This document shows positions 42,704-55,250 of a stretch of 64,000 bases of DNA, in pieces. The notes beneath the pieces were generated by a model. It did no database searches and was not told the DNA's origin. It was given only the letters and a program-made list of their open reading frames with translations. Source of the stretch: the human T2T-CHM13v2.0 reference genome, Homo sapiens; assembly GCF_009914755.1 (NCBI RefSeq), contig NC_060938.1. One strand, 5' to 3'. A program made the position numbers and the translations under genes. The first letter of the stretch is position 1, and each line of letters begins with the position of its first letter.

Positions 42704-44162
42704 TCTCCTTCTCCCTCTCCCTCTCCCTCTCTCCACGGTCTCCCTCTCCCTCTCTTCCCACGGTCTCCCTCTGATGCCGAGCCGAAGCTGGACTGTACTG
42801 CTGCCATCTCGGCTCACTGCAACCTCCCTGCCTGATTCTCCTGCTTCAGCCTGCCTGGTTTTCGTATTTTTTTGGTAGAGACGGGGTTTCGCTGTGTTGC
42901 CCGGGCTGGTCTCCAGCTCCTAACCGCGAGTGATCCGCCAGCCTCGGCCTCCCGAGGTGCCGGGATTGCAGACGGAGTCTCCCTCACTCAGTGCTCAATG
43001 TTGCCCAGGCTGGAGTGCAGTGGCGTGATCTCGGCTCGCTACAACCTCCACCTCCCAGCCGCCTGCCTTGGCCTCCCAAAGTGCCGAGATTGCAGCCTCT
43101 GCCCGGCCGCCACCCCATCTGGCAAGTGAGGAGCGTCTCCGCCTGGCCACCCATCGTCTGGGATATGAGGAGCCCCTCTGCCCGGCTGCCCAGTCTGGGA
43201 AGTGAGGAGCACCTCTTCCCGGCCGCCATCCCATCTAGGAAGCGAGGAGCGCCTCTGCCCGGCCGCCCATCGTCTGAGATGTGGGGAGCGCCTCTGCCCT
43301 GCCGCGACCCCGTCTGGGAGGTGAGGAGCGTCTCTGCCCGGCTGCCCCGTCTGAGAAGTGAGGAGCCCCTCCGCCCGGCAGCGCCCGGGCTGAGAAGTGA
43401 GGGGCCCCTCCACCCGGCAGCCGCCCCGTCTGGGAAGTGAGGAGCGTCTCCGCCCGGCAGCCACCCCATCCGGGAGGGAGGTGGGGGGTCAGCCCCCGCC
43501 CGGCCAGCCGCCCCGTCCGGGAGGTAGGTGGGGGGTGCCTCCGCCTGGCCGCCGCCCCGTCTGGGAGGTGGGGGGCGCCTCTGCCCGGCCGCCCCCTCTG
43601 GGAAGTGAGGAGCCCCTCTGCCCGGCCACCACCCCGTCTGGGAGGTGTACCCAACAGCTCATTGAGAACGGGCCATGATGACGATGGCGGTTTTGTGGAA
43701 GAGAAAAGGGGGAAAGGTGGGGAAAAGATAGAGAAATCAGATTGTTGCTGTGTCTGTGTAGAAAGAAGTAGACATGGGAGACTTCATTTTGTTCTGTACT
43801 GGGAGGGGTTCTTCTGCCTTGGGATGCTGTTGATCTGTGACCTTGCCCCCAGCCCTGTGCTCTCTGGGGCATGTGCTGTGTCCACTCAGGGTTAAATGGA
43901 TTAAGGGCGGTGCAAGATGTGCTTTGTTAAACAGATGCTTGAAGGCAGCATGCTCGTTAAGACTCATCACCACTCTCTAATCTCAAGTACCCAGGGACAC
44001 AAACACTGCGGAAGGCCGCAGGGTCCTCTGCCTAGGAAAACCAGAGACCTTTGTTCACTTGTTTATCTGCTGACCTTCCCTCCACTATTGTCCTACGACC
44101 CTGCCAAATCCCCCTCTGCAAGAAACACCCAAGAATGATCAATACAAAATAAATAAATAAAT
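42704..44162 (+). mobile_element. Full-length SVA (SVA_C-like)
   Basis: (CCCTCT)n hexamers, antisense Alu-like domain, GC-rich VNTR (~43090-43645), SINE-R (HERV-K env/LTR) to ~44145, (AATA)n tail, 13-bp TSD aaatataaa(c/t)tat at 42691-42703 / 44163-44175. Confidence 0.97.
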
Positions 44163-44817
44163 AAATATAAATTATGCTTTGGATTTTCCATGCTATTGCT
44201 TCCCATATGTAGCATGAATAGCTCAGAGCTAGTACAGGACTTTCACACCAAATGAAAAGCTAAGAAACTCACCAAGTCCTGAGAGAACCACAGCTAAGTA
44301 ACATGTCAAGCACTCTTTCACTGCTCTTACCAAAAACGCATACAAAAAAAAGGTTACTCCCATTTATAAAAACAGAATTCTTACAGAAAGAAAACTGCAT
44401 GAAAAATTGACTCTTTTATGTTAAACCAGTGTTATTTATCTTCATTGCTCATAGTGAGGGCTAGGTTAGGACAAAGGAACTGAGACCAACAAGACCCAGT
44501 GGCCTCACAGGCAGAGATATATTGGCACTGCTACCCCGCAGTGCTCAGGGACAGAAGCTGAGAAGTTAACTCTGACACCAGGGCAAAAAAGGAGTCACTG
44601 AGAGAAGCAGACCCAGACATGCAGTAAGGAATCACACTACTCCCATAACCATACTTGAGGGAAATTGCTTTACAATAGAGTACAGACATATTTCTCAGAG
44701 CGTGAGTTTCTTTTCCATCATTGTTTTGATATAACTTTATGTGAGTAAAATGCCTGACTCTCAGCTTTAAAGTATTCCTCCCAAGAATGCTTATGAAAAG
44801 TGTAACAGTTTTGATGC

Positions 44818-45207
44818 TGTGGTAGATTGCATAACTATTCACAAAAATGTACTGCCCTTCCTGTGGGGAATTAAACATTCTTACCCTGTTAAATGCACGG
44901 GCAGCACGTGACTTGCTTTAGGCAACGAAACATGGGAAGGAACAGGTATTCAAGCTGAAGCTTTAAGAGCAATGCATGCTTTGTCATTCTGTCTCTCCTG
45001 CTTCCATAACAATTGCCAATTTTCAAGCGAAAAGTTTCTCCATTAGCCAAGATCCTGGGGTGAAGGTGACATGGAACAGCACTGTGGCCAACCAGTGATT
45101 GACATGCAACATGAATAAGATATAAGTTTTTGGTTTTTCTTTAAGATGCTGAGACTAGGAGGACTGTTTGAGATTACTGCATAACCCAGCTCATCCTAAC
45201 TAGTAGA
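44818..45207 (+). mobile_element. MLT1I/J-like MaLR LTR
   Basis: tgtggtagattgc...cacgtgacttgcttt...gaagctttaagagc...actgcataacccagctcatcctaactagta. Confidence 0.75.
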
Positions 45208-45714
45208 GCCATTTCTCAGACTGCAATGTGGCAGGCCAAAGGGAAGACTGCTTGGTTATAGGTTTGTAATACTCTACTGCCATATGGGTGACAGCACCAT
45301 CAGGAAATGGAGTCATTAAGAATGGAGGGATATGCATTTTGTTCTTAAATAGCTAGGATTCCTAAAACTAAAGCTGATATCCATTTAAATTAAAGTTAAT
45401 TCTCAACATAAAAATAAGTTGTATCCCAAAACATAATTTTAGGTCAGAATGCCTCTCACAAAGGAACCTGCTATAAATGGAAATTAAAATCCTATGCTAG
45501 TCCTTTATTACTTAGTTTCTAAAAGTTAATATTGAGTTGCTTTAAGATTAAAAAGATAAGTCTAAGTCTTAGACTTAGCCTCCATAATCATGTGAACCAA
45601 GTCCTTACATCTCTTCATTATATAGATTATTATATAATAAAGATTATAATAAATAAATAATTTCTTTATAATAGATTATTATATAATATATAAGAAAGAA
45701 ATTATTATTATATA

Positions 45715-46181
45715 ATAGTTAGGGTTTATATCATGTTTAACCAAATAATTATGATATAATAATACTATTATATAATAATCTCTTTTTTATATAAAGAGAT
45801 GTAAGGAATTGGCTTACATGATTATGGAGGCTAAATCTAAGGCCCACGGTCAGCAAACTAGGAACCTAGGAATGCTGATGGTACAAGTTCCAGTCTAAGC
45901 CTGAGTTCAAGTCTGAAGGCAGGAGATCTATGTTCCAGCTCAAATACAGTCAGGCAGAGAGAAAGAATTCTTTCTTACTCAGCCTTTTATTCCATCCAGG
46001 CCCTCAATAGATTGTCTCAGCCCACTCACACTGGAGAGGGCTACCTGCTTTACTCAGCCTGCCAATTCAAATGTTAATCTCATTCAGAAATATGCTCACA
46101 AACAACCCAGAAATAATGTTTAACCAAATATCTGGGTACCCCATGGCTCAGTCATGTCAACATATAAAATTAACCTTCACA
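45715..46181 (-). mobile_element. MLT2B-like ERVL LTR with rearranged 3' end
   Basis: taaggaattggcttacatgattatggaggct...caattcaaatgttaatctc...catataaaattaaccttcaca. Confidence 0.85.
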
Positions 46182-46537
46182 ACTTGTAACATTGTTTCTT
46201 GAGATCAACTAGAAATTACAGCTTAAAAGCCAGAACACCAACACATACGTCCCAAATATCACTGGGTCAGTAACAGGAAACATGTTTTTATTTAATGTTT
46301 GTTTATATGTTTTATTTTATATTTTCATAGGTATTTATTTTGTTTATAGATTTCATTTCATATTTTTTTCTGTCTGTGTTTTGGCCCTGGAACAAGAGCA
46401 GAGACTCCCTGTGTACAAATCCTCATCTGCTTATGGGAGTATCAACTTTTTTGGTTTCACAGATTCTAATAGTGTCAGCAAGCAGTGACAATTTAATTGG
46501 AAAAGTAAAGAGGAATACAAAGTTTCCCTGATAACAT

Positions 46538-47063
46538 TGCATTAGGTATCTATTTCTATATAACAAATTACCCCAAAGCTTAACAGCATACAATGATAAA
46601 CACGTATTATTTTACACAGTTTCTCTGGGTCAACAATCCATTTTAGCTGGGTGGTTTTGGCTCAGAATCTTTCATGAAGCTGCAGTCAACTTGTCAGCCC
46701 AGGTTACCGTGATGTGAAGGATTGACTGGGCTGGAGGATCTACTTTCAGGTGGCTCACTCACATGCCTGAAAAATTAGTGCTAGTTGTTTGACCCTTGGT
46801 TTTTTGGCACATGGTTCTCTTCATGGGGACCCTTGAATGTCCTACTCAATCTGGCTTGAGTAGCCTGCTTTCCTCACAAGTAATACAAGAAATATCAAGC
46901 CATGATTTTTAAGACTTTGCCTCTAAACTCACATACTGTTATTTCCACATGGTCTTGTTAATTACACAGATCAGCCCCATTCAGTAGATGGAGTAGGTGA
47001 CATCCACTGTGAATATCAGGATGCAGGGATTCTTAGAAGTCATCTTGGAGGTTAGCTACCATA
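46538..47063 (-). mobile_element. MLT1G/H-like MaLR LTR
   Basis: tgcattaggtatctattt..taacaaattaccccaaagcttaacagc...ttagctgggtggttttggctcag...catcttggaggttagctaccata. Confidence 0.8.
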
Positions 47064-49499
47064 TTTATATTTTCCCCACAACTTACAGAATATCCTGGTC
47101 ACTGGCTTTTATCATTTATTAAATTCAAGTCTATAACTTTAGCTCATATAAAATTCTGACCAACATAATTCCAGATTTTACAGATGTCAAGATGTCTATC
47201 AAGATATCTGTAAAATCAAATAAAGAGAACATATTTTAAAATTCAGCACATTTAAATGACAGGTAATACAATAATTATTATAATTTATTTAATATATTTA
47301 GCTTTGTCATTTTCCCTGTGGTATGATTCACTTAGTACCAAAAATAAATATCCAAAAGGTATTACCATAATGTAAATCTTATTTTCTCAATTTCAATATA
47401 TTCTTTCTCATTCATATCCAGTAGGGTCATACAGGTAAGGCCTAAGAGTAATAAAAGGGCAGTGTAAGAAAAATTCTATTATTTTAATGCCAACAAAACA
47501 GATGTTATTACATTGAAAATGTGATCCTAGAAACATTTTAAGAATAAGCTTTTGTTCAAAAACCTAAATAAAGCTTTCAAAGATTTAATTCCAAGTGCTA
47601 AGGTTTATTTGCAGATTTTCACGTTGTCTTTTATATTAATTGTTTCAAGTCTTGACAAACCTAAATGAGAAGTATTTGCTAACATCCTTCACACCATTCT
47701 TTCAGTCAACAAGTATTACCAACCATGTCAAGTAAGATATAGTCTCTGCATTCAGGACCATACAGTGTAATAGAGGGAGACAGATATATAAGTAAATATA
47801 CTTCTAATGCACCCCAAGCATGATCAAGAGCTTAAGTGTCACACTAGCTTTAATACATAAATCTTGCTAGTTCCAAGTCCCACTTGTTCACAAAGTAAAT
47901 TTAGTCCCTTGAGAATCCCTTCCTCCATCCTTACCGGCAACAAAATTTGTCTGTGAAAGCCAAGAGTTTGCTTCATGTACTCATATGTGGAGGTTCTTCC
48001 TGCCACAGGCCTCTGCTGCCCTTAGCTGTTCCATCTGGGTTGGCCTTAAGTGCTACAAGTTCTGGTCTTCCACTTCCTCTAGACTTCCCTCTTCTGGGTT
48101 TCACCCACCACCCCATGTTAACTCAGAGTTCTCATTCCTCACAGATCTCTGTGCAGAAGGCACAGATCCATCTCAATTTACCCCAGTCCCCATGGTATCC
48201 AACATTTTGGCAATTTCCTGTAAAGGGGGAGGGTGGTTTGCAACCTGTGTTACTCTCTATCATTCTTAATAAAAGACTCCATTTCCAAGTCCCTTTAGTC
48301 CAAAGCACCACAGGCTCTTCTCAGGACCTTGCTATGTCACACCTCACTCTATGCCACCTCAGCCCACCTTCTGAAACTTTCCACAACTCCCTCTATACCG
48401 GCTCCTTCCATTTGCATATAGGCATGCCAAAGCGTCTTCAGTGTTCCCTGTACCTGACTCTCTGTAGGAAAAGCATAGTCTATATTTCTTGAGAAAGATA
48501 ACTACACTCAGTGTGCCTAACTCCTCCTTTTACCCTCATTTACCCTTTCATTCTATTCTGGTATTTGCATCTGCAATTCCATGAAACTACTAAGGTTAAG
48601 GTCATCAGTAGACCCCTTGTTGTTAAATCCAATGGAAACATATTTCTCATTGTCCAGTGGTTCTGCATCGAGTGCTTCCTCACCTACTCCACCCACTGGG
48701 CCTCCGTTCCAAACCAGGTCTTCTAATGACCTATTGTGATATGGAGATATTTCCATACAATAAGGAAAGCTGTGTGGGACTTGGTTTAGTTCCTGGCTGC
48801 AAAGCAGGAACTTTGATCGTTTTCTCATGAGGCACCCTGCTTGCTATGAGCCACAGCTTCAAGCAGCAATTGTAGCCATTTGGATATTTTGGCCATTTGG
48901 GTTTTTTAGCTTCTATGAGCAGAGTGCTGTACTCCAGTCCCCAGTTTTATGCTGTGAGTCTGGTTTTAGTCCCCTATCTCACATAAAAACATGTAAGACT
49001 ATTATCCACAGAGGCCAAGTTCCTGCTGCCACTTTCCTGCTACTGGGTCCATAGCTCAGCAGCCCTGTGGCATTTTCCCCATGTTACATATGTACTCTGT
49101 GTCTGGTCTGTAAAAATATCCATCTCCTTTTTGACCTAAGCCTTGACTTTCTGGTATTGTCCTTTAATATATGATTAGCATTAGTGTATAATTTTATCAG
49201 AAAGGGTGTAGAAGCATGACATATTATGAAGACATCTCCCACCATTTCTTAACTTCACAGGATTGTAGTGTGGATAAAACCCTACAGAGGAGAAATCGTT
49301 TGTGAGCAGTAAGGTCTATACAAATGTTATTTAGTAATAGTAAGCACAGATACTCAAGGAAGCAGGAAGACAGTTTATTAAAACACACTGGTTTCTCCCC
49401 TTTCGCACTGATCTAAGACGCAGGGAGGAGATCCTAGAGGAAGGGGCCACAGGCACTGAGGGGCTGCCTAAGGGAAAGCTTAATGGACAACTGCCAGCA

Positions 49500-49640
49500 T
49501 TAACCTAGTGCCAGATATTTTTAAAGCTCTTTACAAATACTACCTGATTTAGTTCATTATTATTCTTCCCATTTTATAGATGGGGTACAGAATACTTGAG
49601 CTACTTGCTCAGGATGACCCAGCTAATAAAAATCAGACTG
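49500..49640 (-). mobile_element. MIR fragment
   Basis: ttattattcttcccattttatagatgggg..acttgctcaggatgacccagctaat. Confidence 0.65.
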
Positions 49641-52600
49641 CTGGAATGTGAGCTCCTAGCTCATGCAAGAAGTTGTTTCTACAGCAAGAAGGGCTAGGTC
49701 TTAGGTAATGGTGGGTGGAATGAAACACTGTATTTCCTTTTCACACAGCCCTTTCAATTAGCCCCTTCTCTTAAAATATCCCTCGGTGCTTGAGAAGTGA
49801 GCAGAATCTGCTTACTTGGCAAACTTTTGTATCAGCGAAGAAGATAGGTTGATGGTAACTCTATAGTAATGGGGATCCAAAGAGTTTCCTTTGTTTTTAA
49901 TAATTGCTAATTTACTCTAGTACAGATAATTGAGTCAACCATTCTCATTTGCTTGAACTCCTTTAAAACATCTGATGAGCTGTTTTCAAGGAGAAAAGAG
50001 AATACTGACAAGTAAACCATCCTCTTTCCTACTTAAAGAGCTGAAGCCTAGAGTATAGTCAGGGGGAAATGAAAACTGTGAACTCACACTACTGTTTGAA
50101 CAGCCATTCCAATTAAAAAGCGCCCTAGGATGGGTGTGGATCTGGTCACCATGCATGGTGGACATAAGACCTCTGCTGGGAGTGCCTGTAGAGTCATTTT
50201 GGCAAGGCATCCTCCCAGAGCCAACCGATCAATAGGCATCTCTCACCTTTTTCAAAGTACAGCAGGAACTGAAGACACTGAAAAACAGCATCCTTCTCAA
50301 CAAGACCACATTAACCCAAACCACAACAGCACCGGTGCCAGCTCCAGAGAAGGCAGCCCTCATGAGGGGACATCAGCGATGAGCAATGTGATGGAGAGGT
50401 TTGGAATTGCTTCAGCCACAATCTAGAGGAGCACTTCAGGGACCCGCCGGCCCAGCCATTGTCTCTATTTTTCAGAGATCCTTTATGTGGCTCAGTGGGT
50501 CATCAGACACATCTCATGCCCAGGTATAAACAAAAGGCACGGAAGTATAAGGGAGGGAGAGACTTCACAAAGTGCCCAGCTTTACATCGAAGTTCAGTCC
50601 TCAGGTAGAGGGCTAAATCAAAGGCTTTCAAGTAAAGCTAATATGTGAAACCTTCATTTAATAGAAGTGCAAATTTGAAAGAAAAAAAACTAGAAAAGAA
50701 TCAAAAGTTAAACAGAGTAAAGGGAGGAATAATGAGGGGCCATAAGCCACTCATAAGTAGTGATTGTCAATATAAGACACGACTCAGTAGCTCCCTCTTA
50801 GGAGATTAAACTTTGCATCCTTTCAAAGCATTGAGAGAGAACGACATCCCCCTACCTCCATTCTCTGTCTTGTTCCTTTGTCTCCTCATTCCACACATCA
50901 TTTCTAAGCTACAAGTCCCCCATATTCGCACCTGCAACCATGTTCTAGCACCACATTTGTTAAAGGGTAGTAACTTCTACATTTGCTTACTAAGTGCTTG
51001 AAGTATCCCAACACCACCCAACATAAAAAATATTAAAGCCATGTAATGCATTGGTGGGAAGAGAAGGTAGTCTGTATTTATGACAGTTCCTAGACAAGTG
51101 GGGCTAAGTAAATATTTACCAAATTCACTTTAATTTGTTTGCTCATCTCATACACATACCCCCACAATGCCCATTTGGCTGGGATAATGTTTTGAAATAC
51201 TGGTTTGCTATTACTTTTTCTCCCTGTACTTTTCTTTTTGTTCTCTCTTTAGTTCAAGTAGGCAACTAGATTGTGCTCTTTACTCAAGATAAATACGGAA
51301 CAAAGAGGACAGTAGCTTACAATTTTTCTATTATCTTCCAAAGCCTGATCTCTGGAGTTTTATAGAGGGGATTAAAAGTAGAGGATCCCCAAACATTGAC
51401 AGTGTATTAGTCAGAAACATGAAAAGAAAAAGATTTCCTCCCAGGAGAAAAAAATACAAGGGATTTCTTCTGGGTGGAGAAAGAGAGAGAAAGACAGAGA
51501 CAGAGAGAGAGACAAAGAGAGAAAAAGAATTCTGTGGGTCTACAGAATATGGAAGAGCCCATCAGTAAAACCATCAGGGTAGGCAGCAAAGCCCCTGAAA
51601 GGTAAGAACTGTAGGCAGTAGAAAGGCAGACAGGAACACAGAGAGCCTTGCTGAAGATTGTGGAGGCTTAATAAGCCTGTGGACTGACAAGCTTTGTAAA
51701 CAAGGATGATAAATATCTCATTGACAATCAGTGTAAGAAAAGGCTGTGGATCCTGGAGGCTCACTCCTTTCCACCCTCTGTGATGTGGCTGGAACTATGG
51801 CAGACACTGGAGGACTCTCTCTCTGTCTCTCTAGTTTGAGGTGAACTCCTGCTCTCCTTCCTCTTGGATGAGATGCTGTCTATATCTGCAAATCGTCTCT
51901 GGACTCTGGGGTTAAATCTTGAGGGAATAAGTGAAAGGAAATGTTAGGCATGCGACTTTCCGCTGGTTATTCTGCTACATCCATCCCCTGAGACTACAAA
52001 TACAAAAGAGCACATTATTCATTAGACAACTTGGAAAGAAAAATGGAAAATACAAGAAGAATAAAAGATAAATATCTCCATATGTTATCTCAGCCATATT
52101 CTTTCCTAAATAAACATCTTATGTCTTTCAAAATCAAATGTACTTTTCCTAAACGCTACTCCTGCCAGCTCCAGTACTCCCAAGCCTCTGCTTCTTACAT
52201 CCTCAGCATCTGGGGTAGGGGGGTATCTGCTCCAGGCTCCCTAAGGTCAGGTTGGTGAGCCTAATGTGGCACATTTCTCTCCTTTCCAGAATGTGTATGC
52301 ATGTTTGTGTGTGTGTTGGGGATAGAGAGGGGGCCATGCGATCCCTACTCGGGAGATTCTTCTCCCTGCCAGCACTGATTCCATACAACAGAGAGTTCAG
52401 CCACAGGTAATGGAGGCCCAGACCCTGACTGCATATTCCTCTCATGGACCTAGATAAATTAAGTGCTGACCAGCTGTCTTTGGCAAACAAACAAACAAAC
52501 AAAAAAAAAAAAAAAACAACCTGCTCTGCTCAGATTGGTTAGAGATGGAGAGCTGATTCGCCAACATGAGTTGGAGTCTCTTCTTTACCACTATGGCCAT

Positions 52601-54780
52601 CTCCCCACAGCTTTACTTTTGCCTCTATGATGAGGTAAAGTGGTAATAAATGAATGAAGAAAATTCTCCCCTGTCTAACCTCAGCACCCTACTAAAAATG
52701 TCAGAGGTCCCAGTAGGAAGTAATCCCCTTGGGTTTGTTTGGAATCTCACTGGGTGCCAGAGGAGAAAATTCCTGACTATTTAGGATTCCTTCAATGTCC
52801 AAAACTCACCCATTTCTTCAGTCTTACAACAGTCACTAAAAATTTCAGAGAAAAAAAATCCCTGCCTTCGTAGAAAAATTCTCCATCTTCTCCAGTATCT
52901 CTTATGACAAGTCCCATGCAATTAAATGTATGATTAACATTAAATTAATCCACTATTAAGTTCAAAAGGGCTAGACATCAGAATCGTAAATATGTTAGCT
53001 AAGATGTTTAGTTATTAATCTTTATGATTATAAAGGAAAAGTATTCTTAAGTGATAGCACTCAGACTGCCAGATAATTTCAAACTAGTGCTTTAAAGTCA
53101 GAAAAAATCTGATTTAGAGCTAAAACGTAAAGGGGAAAAAAGAAAAAGGAAAATCTTCCTCAGACATTCTCCAACCTTCTCTCCCCAAGCTTCTACTTTA
53201 ATTGCAAACACTGCTGTGAGAACTATCAATTTCAGTCTTTCTTTCTCAACCAAAAACACTTTTAAGCCAAAGTAAAGTTAACTCAAGCGAGAGGGGAAAG
53301 TTTAAAAACATTCCTTCTAATATTAAAAGCCATGTTGAGAACATACTTGCAAAACAACTCCTACCTAAACTCACTTGTCTCAACCAACAGAAAAAAAAAA
53401 AGTTTGATTTTGAAGTGCTACAAGCAAAATGCACTTCCTCTCATGTTTCTTGTTTGTATGTGTGCACACATACCCTGCCTTATACCAGCAAGGATGTGGA
53501 GACATTCCACAAAAAAATTTATTCAGTGCAAGTCCACAAAATGTAATAAAACCAAATTTCAAAATAGGAATAAATTGGGGGGAAACAGAAACATGAAAGT
53601 AAGAAATATAAGATGAACCCATAAATGAGATTAGCCTTAAAAGATAAAAAGGTATATCAAAAGCCTGTTCATTTGTCAAAAATAAGCCAAACACTGGGAA
53701 TTACATAAGTCATACCAAATAGGAAAACATGAACAATTGCTGTACATGCTTCTCGGTGTTCAGAAGATGAAATCCACCAATTCCATAGAAGAACAAAAAA
53801 AGATAGTTTCAGGTAGATCTGAGAGATAGTAAATTGCGTAAGATGGTAAACAGCACCATTAACAACAGCCTAACAAATGTGGCAGTGTGTCTTATAGGAC
53901 TGTTTCCTTTAACACCTTCAAAGTAATCCAGTGATGTAATGTCAAAGTGCAACTTAGCAAAAGCATTTCTACAGAGGAGACCAGGAATGGAATGAGGTTC
54001 CCAGCTCTCTGCTTCCCTGGTATGAGCCAGGGACTGATTTTTGGAATGAACACTAAATCCTTTCGGCAAACCTGCATATATACTCTTTCTCTCAACCAAG
54101 TTTTCAGTATTGTGCAATGATGAGCTCAGATAATGCCTCTTTCAAGTACCTATACTGTTATTATTCTATGTTACAGGCTAACCACAGCTCCTTTGACTTT
54201 AACAGCCAGCCAAGCCAGGGTAAGTTGCCATCCTCTAATGGAACTGAGGCGCTTAAAAAAGATTTGACCCGAAGGCAATGCCACTTCTGAACAGATGCGG
54301 CCAAAGGAGTAGCTAAGTGCCCTCCCTTGAGAACTAAGTGCCCTCCCTTGATTTCTAAGTACTGCTTAGAACTACCTTTGTTTCAACCAGGAGTTTTGGA
54401 GCCTCTGATTATATCATAACCAAATTATCCTACAACAAAAACTATCATCTTCATTTATAAGTTGGAAGAAAACAAAATCCTCTTAGAAATATAAACATAT
54501 ATGCCAAGGAGCACTGCTGCATATCTACAAAAAGAGAAGTTGACACATGTATACAAAAGTTACAAAATCCTTAGTGAATATCAGGATTCCAATATCCATG
54601 ACTCAGTGCAATGAATTTGCCAGGGAGCCTAAATTAAATTGAGGGTCATCTTAGGCATCAGTCTTCCAAAAAGCCTGCTCTGAACCCAAACGACAAGACT
54701 ATCCTGAGATGTTAAAACAGCACCTGTAAATACCCTCTCACAGAATTTATTACCCTGTACGTAATTGCCCACTTACTCTT

Positions 54781-55250
54781 TGTATTAGTTAGGATGCCTT
54801 CAACTTGAAGTAACAAAGACTTTAACCAATAGTGATTCAAGTAATAGGAGTTTATTTTTCTCAAATAAAAGTAAGTTTGCAGATAAGAGACTGCAGGTAT
54901 TAGTTCAGTAACTCAATGGTATCTCCAATTCTCTGGGCATTTCCTTCGTTGTCACTAGGTCCCTGCCAATGATTTACGTCCACATTTAAGACAGAAACAA
55001 AGGGGTAAAGGAGAGGAGAATGGATGGTGCTATCAGTGCCTGTTTCATTTACCAAGGCAACAAAATGTTTCCAGAAATCCTCCCAGAAATTTATTTCATC
55101 TTATTTCTCATTCGCCGTAATTGAGTCAGGTGGCCAGCCCTCACTTCAAGGAAGGCCGGATAAGTAGGTGACAGCCTGACCATAAATGGCTTAGAGTCTC
55201 AGCCTTAGACTAATCATGATACACCATGATACACCATCTGGAACTGGGCA
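54781..55250 (-). mobile_element. MLT1J-like MaLR LTR
   Basis: tgtattagttaggatgccttc..aagtaaca...gtttatttttctca...cccagaaattt...ctcattcgcc..aattgagtcagg. Confidence 0.7.

Noticed and set aside
43090-43645. Regularly spaced repeats resembling a CRISPR array or CpG-island promoter
   Set aside because: This is the SVA VNTR: no unique spacers, eukaryotic context.
42872-44138. Many overlapping 70-160 aa ORFs on both strands
   Set aside because: Artefacts of the stop-poor GC-rich SVA VNTR and Alu-like domain.
47947-48492. 181-aa plus-strand ORF
   Set aside because: TTG start, S/L/P-rich composition from pyrimidine-rich, probably L2-derived DNA; no recognisable domain or splice context.
50130-50426. 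98-aa ATG ORF on plus strand
   Set aside because: No recognisable homology; length within chance expectation. The region is kept only as a candidate exon/regulatory finding.
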